The translations under genes and the position numbers were made by a program. A stretch of 63,805 nt of DNA, filler included, from Octopus bimaculoides (lineage: Eukaryota), in the NCBI RefSeq assembly GCF_001194135.2. It is 6 parts of 6 records of this genome, joined end to end, with 100 filler letters (N's around TTAATTAATTAA, not from the genome) between each part and the next. Parts side by side here need not be neighbours in the genome. Positions count along the whole stretch, not along the records: positions 60,562 to 63,805 come from NW_026434879.1; 5 more parts are not named here. One strand, 5' to 3'. Positions 61,690 through 63,805 of this stretch are shown here, piece by piece (position 1 is the first letter of the stretch; the number at the start of each line of letters is the position of its first letter). A model generated the notes under the pieces. It ran no database searches. It was not told the DNA's origin and was given only the letters and a program-made list of their open reading frames with translations.

Positions 61690-63655
61690 TTTGGACTTCC
61701 CAGAGATGAAAAAGTCGAAAGAGAGCGAAAAGGAAAGTGCAAAACAGGTTCAGGAGGAAAGACCCATTTTTGCAGCTGCTGTTGGCGGCAAAATGGTGAA
61801 TTTGAACGTGTCTATGGTAGAATTATTTAAATATCGGAATATGATTAAGAAAACAGGGAATGATACGAAGTTGCTCCCTCCCCAAGATATATTACAGTAT
61901 ATAGCCGCCAAGACTGTGCTCTATAATACGTATAGTCTTAAGGAAATACTATACGAACAATGTCTGTCAAAAATGAAGTAACTGAGAAGTGCATGCAACC
62001 CATCTGGAATAAAATTAAAAAAACGTCGGACGCGGTATAAGAAGCGCTACAGTGGAGATACAATTCACTGACAAGAGTACAGCAAAATAACTGTCGACAT
62101 TAACACTGAGAAACGACGAAATGATTTTCCTGGCAACTTATCTAGGCATGAAAACGGCGAAAATTAAAATGGAGAAGGTTTGGACATGTNNNNNNNNNNN
62201 NNNNNNNNNNNNNNNNNNNNNNNNNNNNNNAAAAACGTCGGACGCGGTATAAGAAGCGCTACAGTGGAGATACAATTCACTGACAAGAGTACAGCAAAAT
62301 AACTGTCGACATTAACACTGAGAAACGACGAAATGATTTTCCTGGCAACTTATCTAGGCATGAAAACGGCGAAAATTAAAATGGAGACGGTTTGGACGTG
62401 TTGTGGTTTGCAGCAGCCGTAACATACAACATGGAAGAAAAAATGTCAATACTACAAATGCAGAAAAACGAGTCAGAAAATTGGAAATGCCAGTCATTTG
62501 AAATGGTGGTTCAAGCCAGCCCCGAAATCATTGAAGGACTTCCCTCTAGGGTGTTCGCAGGGGAGTGGCTGAGCGTAAGAGTGAGCGTTGCGGGACGTAG
62601 GCCAGCGCTGTTTTAAGTGCGCCGAAAAAGGCCACGTCCGCTCAAAATGTAAAGAGACAAAGAGCGATGCCGCTCTACAACAAAAATCTAAAAACAGAAA
62701 AAAACAACAGAAGTGCCCAAGGAAAGCGAACCAACAATGCAAGAAACACCAAACAACAGAAGAAGCGACGGAAGAAAAAATGGCCTCAGTCCCAGACTCC
62801 CCTCCCCATACAAAATACCTAAAGCAACCGCAGATATACAAGGAAAACTCCCCACACCATCCCCTGTTAAAACCCATCTCCAAACCCCACCACAAAGTAC
62901 AATACAAAGTTGTATCATTTAAAGACAGCAACGAAGCTTTCTCACGAATTATTCGTTCACACCTTAATGCACAAGTGAGCCAAGACCTGCCACATCACAT
63001 TCGGATGGCCAGGATGGAGGCGAGTTCGTTCAATGAACTGACACAAAGATATAAAGAAGATATAAAGGACATAAGCACAGAAATAATGGGGAGGGAAGCA
63101 GAAGGATGAGGAGGGAAGATGAATTCGTGCAGCCCCTCCCCAAAATCAAACTGTAAGTACGAATTTCTACGGAATTTAAGTTAGGGTGAATAAATGTGGG
63201 TGGCCTAGGGTCGAAATGGAAACAACTTGTCTCCTATACGACCTTAGGTCACTAGAAATTGATATATGTGTTATATAAAAGCGAGGATGAAAGGAGTCGC
63301 GACGGAAACCTTCATCTCCGGCTCTGGTTAGCTGTACTACTTCAGATATCATCTGAAGAACAAGATAGGGCTGGAGAAGAGATACCTGCCGTGAAACGTA
63401 TACGGGAAAAGATGGAAGGATGTGGCGAAGAAGTTGGGTATGGATGACCCTACTTAAATCCATAGTAATTTGTACGGTGTAGCCGGTGGACTTCCAAACC
63501 AAAATGTGAAATAATTAATTGTAATTAATACCCATCACAAACATATATCATTCAATGTTTTAACTGCATAAACTATAGGAACTCATGAACATTATATATT
63601 TGTAACGTCCTGTGCTGTCCCCTCTATGTTAAATCTTATGATCATAATAAAGAAC
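61690..63655 (+). mobile_element. L1/Tx1-clade LINE: ORF1 with CCHC knuckle, APE start, then deletion to the 3' UTR
   Basis: RCFKCAEKGHVRSKC; FKLG*INVGGLG...DLRSLEIDICV; 3' end ...gtcccctctatgttaaatcttatgatcataataaagaac. Confidence 0.8.
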
Positions 63656-63805
63656 TTATCACTAGCTGGTGATTAACACACGCTAAGACGGCGAACCACC
63701 CAGAAACTCGAATCTGTATGTATCACGTAATGCTAGGGAGGGGAGCGATGACCTCCCCACGCAAATACTAATTAGACGTAGAATGTGTGTCGTTAGTCAC
63801 CTGGA
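63650..63805. repeat. Fourth copy of the 60865 repeat family, inverted
   Basis: Matches the reverse complement of ~60920-61075 (gcgatgacctcccc.cgcaaatactaat...gaatgtgtgtcgtta). Confidence 0.82.

Noticed and set aside
62021-62399. Near-identical direct repeats on both sides of short N gaps (also 25994-26079 and 44737-44846)
   Set aside because: Typical unmerged contig overlaps. They should be treated as assembly artefacts unless reads show otherwise.

Overview
Gapped, repeat-rich animal genomic DNA. The SINE families, (TA)n/(CA)n/(AAT)n microsatellites and transposon set look like an octopus-type cephalopod, but this is inferred from sequence style, not from a search. Most of the window is decayed transposons: mariner and DD37D Tc1/mariner elements, RTE, L1/Tx1, CR1/L2 and R4/Dong-like LINEs, Penelope-like elements, one Ty3/Gypsy remnant and tRNA-derived SINEs. 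One host gene is well supported and is missed by the ORF track: the last five coding exons of a minus-strand GH18 chitinase-family gene (56219-56037, 53510-53385, 52711-52541, 49914-49209, 48249-48080). They splice in frame with GT-AG sites into 451 aa: the C-terminal part of the catalytic domain, a ~250-aa Ser/Thr/Pro-rich linker and a CBM14 chitin-binding domain. The left ~31 kb is CpG-depleted relative to the right, even within the same repeat families, which suggests a methylated gene body with possible minus-strand exons. Other observations: a U6-like fragment with a 29-nt insertion, a SINE/L2-LINE shared 3' stem-loop, a PHD finger inside an RTE reverse transcriptase, an in-frame low-complexity insert inside a Penelope GIY-YIG domain, a nested palindrome and a foldback repeat. 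I found no clearly new biological system. Repeat boundaries were placed by eye and are approximate.
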